A stretch of DNA of 12,383 nucleotides from Thermodesulfobacteriota bacterium (GTDB lineage: Bacteria; Desulfobacterota_D; UBA1144; Nemesobacterales; N074bin48), in assembly GCA_041572575.1 (NCBI GenBank), contig JBFFSH010000077.1, positions 1 through 12,383 on the forward strand. Reading direction: 5' to 3'. The number at the start of each line of letters is the position of its first letter. Position 1 is the stretch's first letter. This document shows, in pieces, positions 1-7,644 of this stretch. A program made the position numbers and the translations under genes. The notes under the pieces were generated by a model, which had not been told where the DNA came from, searched no databases, and was given only the letters and a program-made list of their open reading frames with translations.

Positions 1-105
1 GGGTACTTCTCTAGAGTGAAATGGGCTTACAGAAACCATAGAGGACTGGCTAAACACAAGAGAATTAATTACTTCAAATGGTACACCTTTTTAAAGCAAA
101 TCTGA
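1..105 (+). CDS. C-terminal fragment (window-truncated) of a probable IS256-family-type transposase (IS1249-like / variant type)
   Basis: Frame 1 is open from base 1 to TGA at 103-105: GYFSRVKWAYRNHRGLAKHKRINYFKWYTFLKQI*. This resembles the C-terminal (E)GxF(S/A)xxKxxxRxH(R/N)GL pattern I recall following the catalytic Glu of IS256-variant DDE transposases. Only 34 aa are visible; not in the ORF track. Confidence 0.6.
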   Translation, partial: GYFSRVKWAYRNHRGLAKHKRINYFKWYTFLKQI

Positions 106-112
106 CTCAAAT

Positions 113-139
113 TAGCACACATTTTTTGCAATTATGCCC
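113..139. mobile_element. Probable right terminal inverted repeat / end of the IS element
   Basis: Begins a few bases after the putative transposase stop. Read inward on the minus strand it is (G)GGCATAATTGCAAAAAATGTGTGCTA, a GG terminus followed by an A-tract and GTGT, similar to IS256/IS1249-group ends as I recall them. The partner end is outside the window, so the boundary (138 or 139) is uncertain. Confidence 0.45.
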
Positions 140-156
140 GATATGACAAAAAACCT

Positions 157-164
157 AAGGGAGG
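157..164 (+). promoter_or_regulatory. Shine-Dalgarno site for the helicase gene
   Basis: AAGGGAGG at 157-164, 6 nt before ATG 171. Confidence 0.85.
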
Positions 165-170
165 AAAAAT

Positions 171-1562
171 ATGAGTATACCTAGAGATACTAACGAACAG
201 TTTGAAAATGCCGTGCTGGGGTCAATTCTGATCGAACCAAAAATCATGGATGAGGTTTCGGTGGCGCTCAGGCCAGATGACTTCTACAAAAGTACAAACA
301 AAAAACTTTTTGAGGTGCTGGAGGATATGCACAAAAACTCTGCGCCCATAGACCTTATGACGGTGTTTGAGTATGCAAAGCAAAAGAAGGCAGACAAAAA
401 TATTGGCGGGCCTCAGAGGCTTATTTACCTTACAGAAACCACGCCCGTGTCTGCAAATTTCGCTTACTATGTAAAGAAGGTAAAGGACGCATCTGAGAGA
501 CGATCGTTTGTTGATACGTGCAGCTGTATTTCAAAGGAATTGGAACAAGGGAAAATTAGTGTACCGGAGGCATGGGGGCTTATTGCGGAGATGGAGTCAT
601 CTGTCACCATGCGCTCAGGGCTTAAGTTCACGGCGGCTTCTGACATCACACTTAATACAGAGTCTGTTCAGTCACTCTGGGGTGAGGTGATTTACCCGCA
701 GTGCATCACACAGATAAACTCTGAGCCCGGGGTGGGCAAGACCACGTTTGTATATAACCTGTGTATTGACGGGGTCAAAGGAAGCAGGTTTTTGGACATC
801 CCGTTTTCAAAGAGCATCAAGGTGCTCTACATAGACGTTGAGACTCCCGGGTGGAAAAGAGGGGTTAAGCTAAATAGCATATCTCCAGATGAAGTACCCG
901 CAGGGCTTTATTTTCTTGATTCTCTCGACATGCACACTCAGTTCTCAGAGCTTCTTTGCCTTTGCAAAAACATGGGTTTTGATTTGATAGTGTTTGATAC
1001 GCAGAGCCGTATATTCAATCTTGAGAGTGAAAACGATAACGCCGAGGCAAACAGGATGATGCACCTTGTAAGAAGGCTTGTGAGCGAGGCGGGGGCGGCT
1101 GTGATACTGGTACATCACTGCTCAAAGACCGATAAGAAGGGCGTTTACAGCGGCCGGGGAGCAAGCGCCATCGGAGGAGCTGTGGACGTGGTAGTGAACC
1201 TGGAGTCACTTGACGGACAGTCTCTTAAGCTCAAGGTAGATAAGAACCGTATATCGGGTGACTATATGACTCTCTTTATTAAAAAGAGCGGGGACGACCG
1301 TTTCGAGCCCTATATACCGCCCACCGAGAGCGTGTCTGGTTTTGAAAAATTTAAGGTGCAGGAGCAGATACTATCTCTTTCGGACAGAAAACCACAGTGG
1401 ACAACTGTTGAAATTCAAAGTGAATGTCAGCTGAAGGGATTTACAGAGTCTACAATCAAGCGAGCAATATCAAGTCTTACACTTAGTGGAAAAATCACAA
1501 AAACCCGTCGTGGAGAATACGAAATAACAGGGACAGTACAAGATACCCAGTCGGTTCATTAA
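171..1562 (+). CDS. Atypical SF4 helicase: DnaB-like N-terminal domain + RepA/AAA_25-type RecA-fold ATPase + probable C-terminal winged helix (463 aa)
   Basis: N-terminus ENAVLGSILIEP...LRPDDFY...IDLMTV...ANFAYYVKKVKD is typical DnaB-N. Walker A SEPGVGKT (aa 184-191), VLYIDVE (catalytic Glu 224), Walker B LIVFD (aa 272-276), VILVHH, RGASAIGGAVD and KNR (aa 358-360). The tail WTTVEIQSEC...TESTIKRAISSLTLSGKITKTRRGEY is wHTH-like. Strong RBS. Confidence 0.85.
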   Translation: MSIPRDTNEQFENAVLGSILIEPKIMDEVSVALRPDDFYKSTNKKLFEVLEDMHKNSAPIDLMTVFEYAKQKKADKNIGGPQRLIYLTETTPVSANFAYYVKKVKDASERRSFVDTCSCISKELEQGKISVPEAWGLIAEMESSVTMRSGLKFTAASDITLNTESVQSLWGEVIYPQCITQINSEPGVGKTTFVYNLCIDGVKGSRFLDIPFSKSIKVLYIDVETPGWKRGVKLNSISPDEVPAGLYFLDSLDMHTQFSELLCLCKNMGFDLIVFDTQSRIFNLESENDNAEANRMMHLVRRLVSEAGAAVILVHHCSKTDKKGVYSGRGASAIGGAVDVVVNLESLDGQSLKLKVDKNRISGDYMTLFIKKSGDDRFEPYIPPTESVSGFEKFKVQEQILSLSDRKPQWTTVEIQSECQLKGFTESTIKRAISSLTLSGKITKTRRGEYEITGTVQDTQSVH

Positions 1563-1577
1563 TTTACTTAAAAGAAA

Positions 1578-2849
1578 TTACCCCTCCAAAAGCAGCACTT
1601 CCGGATCTTCAATAAGCTCTTTAATTTTCACAAGAAACTGCACGGCCTCTTTGCCGTCTACTATTCTGTGATCGTAGCTGAGGGCGGTGTACATCATGGG
1701 GCGTATTACCACTTCACCGTTTACAGCAACCGGCCTCTCTTCAATTTTATGAAGTCCGAGTATTCCAACCTGTGGTGGGTTTAGAATCGGCGTGCTCAAA
1801 AGAGAGCCGAACACTCCGCCGTTTGTGATTGTAAATGTGCCGCCTCTTAGCTCCTGCAAGGAAAGCGTGTTGTTGTTTGCTTTTCCGACGTACTCAATGA
1901 TCGTTCTTTCGATATCCGCAAATGTCATGCGGTCACAGTCCCTCAGCACCGGTACCACAAGACCACCCTCTGCGCCAATTGCCATGCCGATGTCGTAGTA
2001 GTGCTTATAAACGATATAGTCGTCCTGAATCTCTGCATTTACGGCAGGAAAATCCTTTAACGCTCCTATTACCGCTTTTACAAAAAATGATGAAAAGCCA
2101 AGCTTAACTCCGTGTTTTTCTGCAAATGAATCCTTTCTTCTCTTGCGCACTTCCATCACGGGGCCCATGTCCACTTCATTAAATGTAGTAAGAATTGCAG
2201 CATCTGCCTGGGCCTCGAGCATCCTTCTTGCTATGGTTCTTCTTCTTGCCGACATCCTCACACGCTCTTCCCTTCCGTCAGACTCTGGCTCTGGAATCAC
2301 CACTGAGGTAGAAGGGGCGCTTGGGGCAGGCTTTGCAGCAGGCTCTGGTGCACGGGGCTTCTCGCTTGCTGCAGTGCTCACTGATTTTATATGATCTTCA
2401 ACGTCTTCTTTTGTTATTTTTCCGTTTGGACCCGTGCCGCTTATATCGTAAGCATTCAAGCCGCTTTGCTCTATAATCTTCTTTGCAACAGGGGTAACCT
2501 TTACATCTACGTCAATCTGTTCAGCAGGCTTAGGCTGGGCCTGCTCAGGCTCAGGTTCAGCAGCGGTCTCGGTTTGCACAGGTTCAGTGCTGACTTCAGC
2601 AGAAGCCGTGCCGTTTTCATTTATTGTTCCAAGCACATCACCTATTACAACGTCCTCATCGGCGTTTTTAACAATCTTCTCTAACACTCCGGCAGCCTCT
2701 GCGGCCACTTCGAAGTTTGCTTTTTCGGTTTCAAGCTCAACAAGTGTCTCACCCATCGAAACAGCCTCGCCTTCATTTTTTATCCACCGAATTACGGTTG
2801 CTTCGACTACTGATTCTCCAAGTTCCGGTACAACAATGTTTTTTGACAT
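1578..2849 (-). CDS. sucB: 2-oxoglutarate dehydrogenase E2, dihydrolipoyllysine-residue succinyltransferase
   Basis: Lipoyl domain ([11 protein letters not shown]...ELETEKA), Pro/Ala-rich linkers, E3-binding domain ([13 protein letters not shown]), catalytic domain ([43 protein letters not shown]). Lies directly downstream of sucA; GGAG RBS at 2859-2862 (minus). Confidence 0.97.
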   Translation of the reverse strand: MSKNIVVPELGESVVEATVIRWIKNEGEAVSMGETLVELETEKANFEVAAEAAGVLEKIVKNADEDVVIGDVLGTINENGTASAEVSTEPVQTETAAEPEPEQAQPKPAEQIDVDVKVTPVAKKIIEQSGLNAYDISGTGPNGKITKEDVEDHIKSVSTAASEKPRAPEPAAKPAPSAPSTSVVIPEPESDGREERVRMSARRRTIARRMLEAQADAAILTTFNEVDMGPVMEVRKRRKDSFAEKHGVKLGFSSFFVKAVIGALKDFPAVNAEIQDDYIVYKHYYDIGMAIGAEGGLVVPVLRDCDRMTFADIERTIIEYVGKANNNTLSLQELRGGTFTITNGGVFGSLLSTPILNPPQVGILGLHKIEERPVAVNGEVVIRPMMYTALSYDHRIVDGKEAVQFLVKIKELIEDPEVLLLEG

Positions 2850-2867
2850 ATTTCTATACTCCGTAAA

Positions 2868-5687
2868 TTAATTAACAGTTTCCAAACTGTACCACAGGAT
2901 ACCCTTTGTATCCTTTTTGGATTTGAGATTAAATGTTTCTTTAATAATAGCTTCCTGTATTACCTTGTGCCACGATGACGAACCCTCCGAAGGGCTTGAG
3001 TTTGGCTTTCTTCCGATATAATGCATTGCGATTTTTGAATCGTCGAAAACCTGTTTGAATCTTGGCCACAGATACATGACTGACCCCATATTGGATGGTT
3101 CTTCCTGTACCCATACTATCTCTTTAATATTTTTATAGGTTTCAATAATTTTCTTTGTTTCCATTTTAGGGAAAGGATACAGCTGTTCGATTCTGACTAT
3201 TGCGATATCAGGGCTTTTGGCTCTAAGCTCGCTGGAGTCAAGGTCAATATAAATCTTTCCGCTGCAAAATACCAGCCGTTTTACTTTTGATTTATTCTTA
3301 ACCCTTGGATCGTCAATCACATTCTGCCATGTTCCCTCCGTAAGGTCATTGAGAGAGCTAAACGAGTCTGGATTTCTAAGAAGACTCTTGGGCGTCATAA
3401 TCACAAGCGGCAGAGGGTCTTCAATGAGCAGCAGCGCCTGGCGCCGGAGCAGATGAAAGAACTGACCCGAGCTTGAGCAGTTTGCAATCCTGATATTAGC
3501 ATCGGCAGCAAGACCTAAAAATCTCTCAAGCCTTCCGCTGCAGTGATCGGGGCCCTGGCCTTCGTATCCGTGCGGCAGCATGAGAACAAGCGAAGGGGTA
3601 AGCCCCCATTTTGCCCTTGCAGACACAATAAACTCATCTATCATGGTCTGAGCGCCGTTTATAAAGTCTCCATACTGCGCCTCCCAGATTACAAGACACT
3701 CGGGTTTTTGAATGTTGTATCCGTATTCAAACCCTATACAGGCGTTTTCTGTAAGCGGTGAGTTCTTTATTTCAAAAGAGGCTTTTGCCTGCTTAAATGA
3801 CTGCAGCGGTGTAAATCTTTTTCCTGTTTCATAATCATGAAACACTGAATGGCGGTGGCTGAACGTGCCGCGCTGGGTGTCCTGTCCTGTAAACCTTATG
3901 GGTGTACCCTCTGCAAGTATCGATGCAAATGCCAGGTCTTCAGCCAGCGCCCAGTCTATGGATTTCTCTTTATGGTCATCAAGAGCTTCTATCCTCTTTT
4001 GCAAAGGCCTCTTTAGTTTTGCATGAAGGTTAAAGTTCTCAGGATACTTCCCAAGTTCTTTGTGGTATTCGATGAGCTTTTTCTTTTTGACCGATGTATT
4101 GATTTCTCCCGATCTGCTCGGAGGCGGAAGCTTCTGCTGAAGTTCCTTGATTGCGGCGTCAACCTCCAGTGATTCGAAAATGCTGTGCAGTTTTTCCATC
4201 TGCTTGTTAAACAGATCCTCCGCATGACCTTCATCTATAATATTTCTTTCTACAAGTTTCTTTGCCCATAACTCGCGTACAGAAGGATGATTTTCAATTT
4301 TCTTATACATCTTGGGCTGGGTAAAAGAAGGCTCGTCGGCCTCGTTGTGCCCGTGTTTTCTGTAACCGACAAGGTCGATTAGGAAATCCTTTTGAAACTT
4401 CCTGATATATGTAAACCCAAGCCTAACGCCATGAATACAGGCCTCCGGATCGTCCGCATTTACATGAATTATTGGTAATTCATAACCCTTTGCCACATCG
4501 CTTGCATAAAGGGTGCTCCTGCTGTCCAGGGGCGTGGTTGTATAACCGAGCTGGTTATTAGTAATAATATGAAGAGTGCCGCCTGTGCTGTATCCGGGAA
4601 GTCTCGAAAGGTTTAGAGTTTCGGGAACAATCCCCTGTCCCTGAAATGCCGAGTCGCCATGTACAAGTACTGGTATCGAGGCTGATGGGTCAAATTCCGG
4701 TGCACCTTTCTGATTGGAAATAGTTCCCGCTGCCCTTGCCATACCCTCCACTACAGGGTTTACAGCTTCAAGGTGGCTTGGATTTGGAGCAAGAGATATC
4801 ATCATGTCTATTTCCCTGCCGTTTCCGTTTACAGCCTTTGTGAAACCGGCGTGGTATTTAACGTCTCCTCTCCAGCCAATATCGTCTCTGAAATCCCTTT
4901 CGTGTACCGGGTCTTTAAATACCGAAAATGTATGATAATAGGGCTTGTTAAGCACATGGGCAAGCACATTGAGCCTTCCCCTGTGCGCCATTCCTAAAAG
5001 CACATTTTTTATACCGCTCTTTGATGCTTCGTCAATAAATTCATTAAGCATTGGTACAAGCATGTCCACGCCTTCAATTGAAAACCTGAACTTGCCGGGG
5101 AATATCCTGTGCAGGAATTTCTCAAACACATCAATTTCCGTGAGTCTGTTAAGTAGCGCTAGCGGATCAATCGGTATGCTCACTACATTGTATTTCCCAG
5201 ATTCGCTGCACCCTCTGAGCCATTCCCTTTCCTCTAATGTATGAATATGATCATAATCATATCCGGTTGTGGATATATAAACCTTTGTAAGCTCTTTAAT
5301 CGCCTCCTGAGCATTTTCGCATTTCACTGCTATTGGACCGCCAATCAAACTTGCAGGCAGATTGGCAAGATCATGTTCGGTGATCCCGTGGGTTTGATAG
5401 TTAAGAGACGGATCACCATGCCTTTTTGAACCAAGGGGATCAATATCTGCTGCAAGATGTCCGTAGGCCCTTATGCTTCTTGCAAGCCTTACGGCTCCTT
5501 TTATCTTTTGGACATCTGGCATGTCCTTATTTTCAATGTACTGGGGCTGCTCTTCAGTTTCTGGTTTCCATAGATCAAACAGCGCTCTTGTGGATGGATC
5601 GACTGAATCAGGATTTTCGCTGTATCTTTCGTACAGCTCGAGGATGTAACCAGAGTTTGGCCCGTGAAATTCTTTCCAAATATTCAT
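2868..5687 (-). CDS. sucA: 2-oxoglutarate dehydrogenase E1 component
   Basis: KFRFSIEG, GMAHRGRLNVL, GDVKYH, NPSHLEAVNPVVEG, ThDP motif GDSAFQGQG...IITNN, GHNEADEP, WEAQYGDF, LPHGYEGQGPDH, WVQEEP. AGGAG RBS at 5692-5696 (minus). Confidence 0.98.
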   Translation of the reverse strand: MNIWKEFHGPNSGYILELYERYSENPDSVDPSTRALFDLWKPETEEQPQYIENKDMPDVQKIKGAVRLARSIRAYGHLAADIDPLGSKRHGDPSLNYQTHGITEHDLANLPASLIGGPIAVKCENAQEAIKELTKVYISTTGYDYDHIHTLEEREWLRGCSESGKYNVVSIPIDPLALLNRLTEIDVFEKFLHRIFPGKFRFSIEGVDMLVPMLNEFIDEASKSGIKNVLLGMAHRGRLNVLAHVLNKPYYHTFSVFKDPVHERDFRDDIGWRGDVKYHAGFTKAVNGNGREIDMMISLAPNPSHLEAVNPVVEGMARAAGTISNQKGAPEFDPSASIPVLVHGDSAFQGQGIVPETLNLSRLPGYSTGGTLHIITNNQLGYTTTPLDSRSTLYASDVAKGYELPIIHVNADDPEACIHGVRLGFTYIRKFQKDFLIDLVGYRKHGHNEADEPSFTQPKMYKKIENHPSVRELWAKKLVERNIIDEGHAEDLFNKQMEKLHSIFESLEVDAAIKELQQKLPPPSRSGEINTSVKKKKLIEYHKELGKYPENFNLHAKLKRPLQKRIEALDDHKEKSIDWALAEDLAFASILAEGTPIRFTGQDTQRGTFSHRHSVFHDYETGKRFTPLQSFKQAKASFEIKNSPLTENACIGFEYGYNIQKPECLVIWEAQYGDFINGAQTMIDEFIVSARAKWGLTPSLVLMLPHGYEGQGPDHCSGRLERFLGLAADANIRIANCSSSGQFFHLLRRQALLLIEDPLPLVIMTPKSLLRNPDSFSSLNDLTEGTWQNVIDDPRVKNKSKVKRLVFCSGKIYIDLDSSELRAKSPDIAIVRIEQLYPFPKMETKKIIETYKNIKEIVWVQEEPSNMGSVMYLWPRFKQVFDDSKIAMHYIGRKPNSSPSEGSSSWHKVIQEAIIKETFNLKSKKDTKGILWYSLETVN

Positions 5688-5734
5688 TTTACTCCTATAG
5701 GAATCATTTATATGGAATATGAAATTTGGCTCGA

Positions 5735-5761
5735 ATTATATCATATAAAATTTATTGTGAA
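5735..5761 (-). promoter_or_regulatory. Sigma70-type extended -10 promoter for sucAB
   Basis: Minus strand reads TGATATAAT (5743-5735), a perfect TGnTATAAT. TTCACA (5761-5756) lies 15 bp upstream of the -10, a short spacing. Predicted start near 5727-5728, about 40 nt before the sucA ATG. Confidence 0.6.
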
Positions 5762-5906
5762 ATATGTAATATCTCAATTTTCAAATAAATATCATATTTT
5801 ATATGTTAATTTATATTTTAATACAATTTTTCTTTAAATAAAATTATTTTTCCCGCATATTTAAGGTAGTATATTAACAATCAAAAATTATTTCAAAATA
5901 TAATTC

Positions 5907-5934
5907 TTGACAATTTTATCTGAATAATTAATTT
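5907..5934 (+). promoter_or_regulatory. Sigma70-type promoter for the ABC operon
   Basis: Perfect TTGACA at 5907-5912, 16-bp spacer, TAATTT at 5929-5934 (conserved T, A and final T), with AT-rich sequence upstream. Predicted start near 5941. Confidence 0.55.
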
Positions 5935-5936
5935 TT

Positions 5937-5950
5937 TATGAAATTTCATA
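5937..5950. promoter_or_regulatory. Perfect 14-bp palindrome, candidate repressor operator
   Basis: TATGAAATTTCATA equals its own reverse complement and overlaps the predicted start site of the ABC operon promoter. Confidence 0.45.
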
Positions 5951-5971
5951 TCTATTGACTCTATTTTTGGG

Positions 5972-6895
5972 ATGATAAAAGTAGAGAACCTTACAAAGAC
6001 ATACGGCAGCATAACTGCCATAGACGATATATCTTTCCAGGTTAATAAGGGAGAGATACTGGGATTTCTGGGCCCAAACGGAGCCGGAAAGACCACTACC
6101 ATGCGCATGATCACGGGCTACATGCCGGCAAATGAGGGCAGGGTGGAAGTGTCGGGGTTTGATGTGCTGGACTATCCTATAAAGGCCAAGAACGAGATCG
6201 GATACCTTCCTGAGAATCCTCCGCTTTATGATGATATGAAGGTTGCAGACTTTTTGGACTTCGTTGCCGGGCTGAAAGGAGTGGAGGAGGATAAGGCTCA
6301 AAAAATAGACAGCGCAATGAGCAGATGCGGCATAGCTGATGTAAGCGCAAGGCTCATTGGAAACCTGTCTAAGGGTTACAGGCAGAGGATTGGAATAGCT
6401 CAGGCAATACTAAACGACCCCTCTGTGCTTATTTTGGACGAGCCTACAATCGGCCTTGATCCAAAGCAGATAATTGAGATAAGGGAGCTTATAAAACAGC
6501 TTGGCACTGACAGAACGGTGATCCTGAGCACTCATATTCTGCCAGAGGTAATGATGACGTGCTCTAAGGTCGTGATCATCAATAAGGGCAAAATTGCTCT
6601 GGAAACCTCTTTAGTGGAGTTGAACAAAAAGTTAGACGAGGATAATGAAGTCCATATCAAAGTATCAAACTATTCAAGTGAGATAAAAACCACGCTAAAC
6701 TCCCTGCAGTCAGTACAAAGTACCGAGGATAAGGGCGGTGGAGAGTTTATTGTTAAATCAAAAAGTTCAAATAATACAGACGAAATTGCAAGGGCTATTA
6801 TTGATAATAACTGGGGGCTTAAGGAGATCAGGCCAAGGTCAAATACCCTCGAAGATGTGTTCCTAAACGTAATAGCATCAGACCAAAAACAGTGA
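5972..6895 (+). CDS. ABC-2 type transporter ATP-binding protein (GldA-like)
   Basis: Walker A GPNGAGKT, GYLPE, signature LSKGYRQR (typical of GldA-like ATPases), Walker B LILDEP, H-loop STH, C-terminal TLEDVF. Confidence 0.93.
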   Translation: MIKVENLTKTYGSITAIDDISFQVNKGEILGFLGPNGAGKTTTMRMITGYMPANEGRVEVSGFDVLDYPIKAKNEIGYLPENPPLYDDMKVADFLDFVAGLKGVEEDKAQKIDSAMSRCGIADVSARLIGNLSKGYRQRIGIAQAILNDPSVLILDEPTIGLDPKQIIEIRELIKQLGTDRTVILSTHILPEVMMTCSKVVIINKGKIALETSLVELNKKLDEDNEVHIKVSNYSSEIKTTLNSLQSVQSTEDKGGGEFIVKSKSSNNTDEIARAIIDNNWGLKEIRPRSNTLEDVFLNVIASDQKQ

Positions 6896-7644
6896 AAAAG
6901 ACATACACAATACTAAAAAGAGAGCTTAAATCCTATTTTGTATCACCGATTGCATATATAGTGCTTTTGGTTTTCACCGTTCTAACAGGAGTATTCTTTT
7001 TTATATACCTGCAGGGTTTTGCCCAGGCGCAGTTTGATACGCGCGCACAGATGTTCCAGCAGACTTTCAGCCTTACTGAGTTTGTCCTGCAGCCCTATTT
7101 TGGAACAATTAGCGTGCTTTTGCTGCTAATTATTCCCATGCTTACCATGAGGCTTCTTTCTGAAGAGAAAAAGCAGCATACATCCGAGCTCCTTTTTACT
7201 TCTCCAATAAAGGTGATCCACATAGTTCTTGGCAAGTACCTTGCGGCTCTTAGCCTGTTTTTGCTGATGCTTGTGTTCTCGGCAATTTTTATAGTGGTGC
7301 TTTACATAAAAGGCAACCCCGATCCCGGAGTAATACTCACAGGGTTTCTGGGCCTGTTTTTGCTCGGCGCCAGTTTTCTCTCCGTTGGGTTATTTGCTTC
7401 TTCTCTTAGCCAAAACCAGATTGTTTGTGCCGTCATATCCTTTGGGGTTTTACTGTTATTCTGGATCGTAGGCTCTACTTCTGATGCAGAGAGTTCGGTT
7501 GTTGGATATCTTTCGATTATTAATCACCTGGATAATTTTATAAAAGGGGTAATAGAGGTAAAAGACATTGTCTACTATATCTCTTTTATATTCTTCGGGC
7601 TTTTTCTGACCCATGTAATACTGGATTCGGAGAGGTGGCGATGA
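6892..7644 (+). CDS. ABC-2 type transporter permease (GldF-like)
   Basis: RELKSYFVSPIAY, PMLTMRLLSEEKK, ELLFTSP, IVLGKY, about six hydrophobic segments. GTG start overlaps the ATPase stop (GTGA 6892-6895). Confidence 0.92.
   Translation: MKKTYTILKRELKSYFVSPIAYIVLLVFTVLTGVFFFIYLQGFAQAQFDTRAQMFQQTFSLTEFVLQPYFGTISVLLLLIIPMLTMRLLSEEKKQHTSELLFTSPIKVIHIVLGKYLAALSLFLLMLVFSAIFIVVLYIKGNPDPGVILTGFLGLFLLGASFLSVGLFASSLSQNQIVCAVISFGVLLLFWIVGSTSDAESSVVGYLSIINHLDNFIKGVIEVKDIVYYISFIFFGLFLTHVILDSERWR

Noticed and set aside
126..154. Outward-facing -35 (TTGCAA, 126-131) in the IS end forming a hybrid promoter for the helicase
   Set aside because: No acceptable -10 at 16-18 bp spacing (that position is an A-run); TATGAC at 142-147 is only 10 bp away.
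171..1562. Calling this gene dnaB
   Set aside because: Only the N-terminal domain is DnaB-like. The motor lacks DnaB signature motifs and there is an extra C-terminal domain.
2290..2600. Low-complexity repeats in sucB ([16 protein letters not shown])
   Set aside because: Ordinary Pro/Ala/Glu-rich linkers of E2 subunits.
2780..2788. DnaA-box-like TTATCCACC
   Set aside because: A single 8/9 match inside sucB coding sequence with no cluster.
467..5722. Short alternative-frame and antisense ORFs inside the helicase, sucB and sucA
   Set aside because: They overlap well-supported genes and show no recognisable motifs; they are shadow ORFs.
5755..5772. Rex operator (TTGTGAA-N4-TTCACAA) upstream of sucA
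   Set aside because: The left half is perfect, but the right half GTAATAT matches only 3 of 7 in a very AT-rich region.
5955..5960. Second -35-like hexamer TTGACT
   Set aside because: Its -10 would fall inside the ATPase coding sequence and no good match is present.
7635..7640. GTG start at 7635 for the GldG-like gene
   Set aside because: The GTG overlaps the likely RBS; ATG 7641 gives proper spacing and an ATGA coupling.
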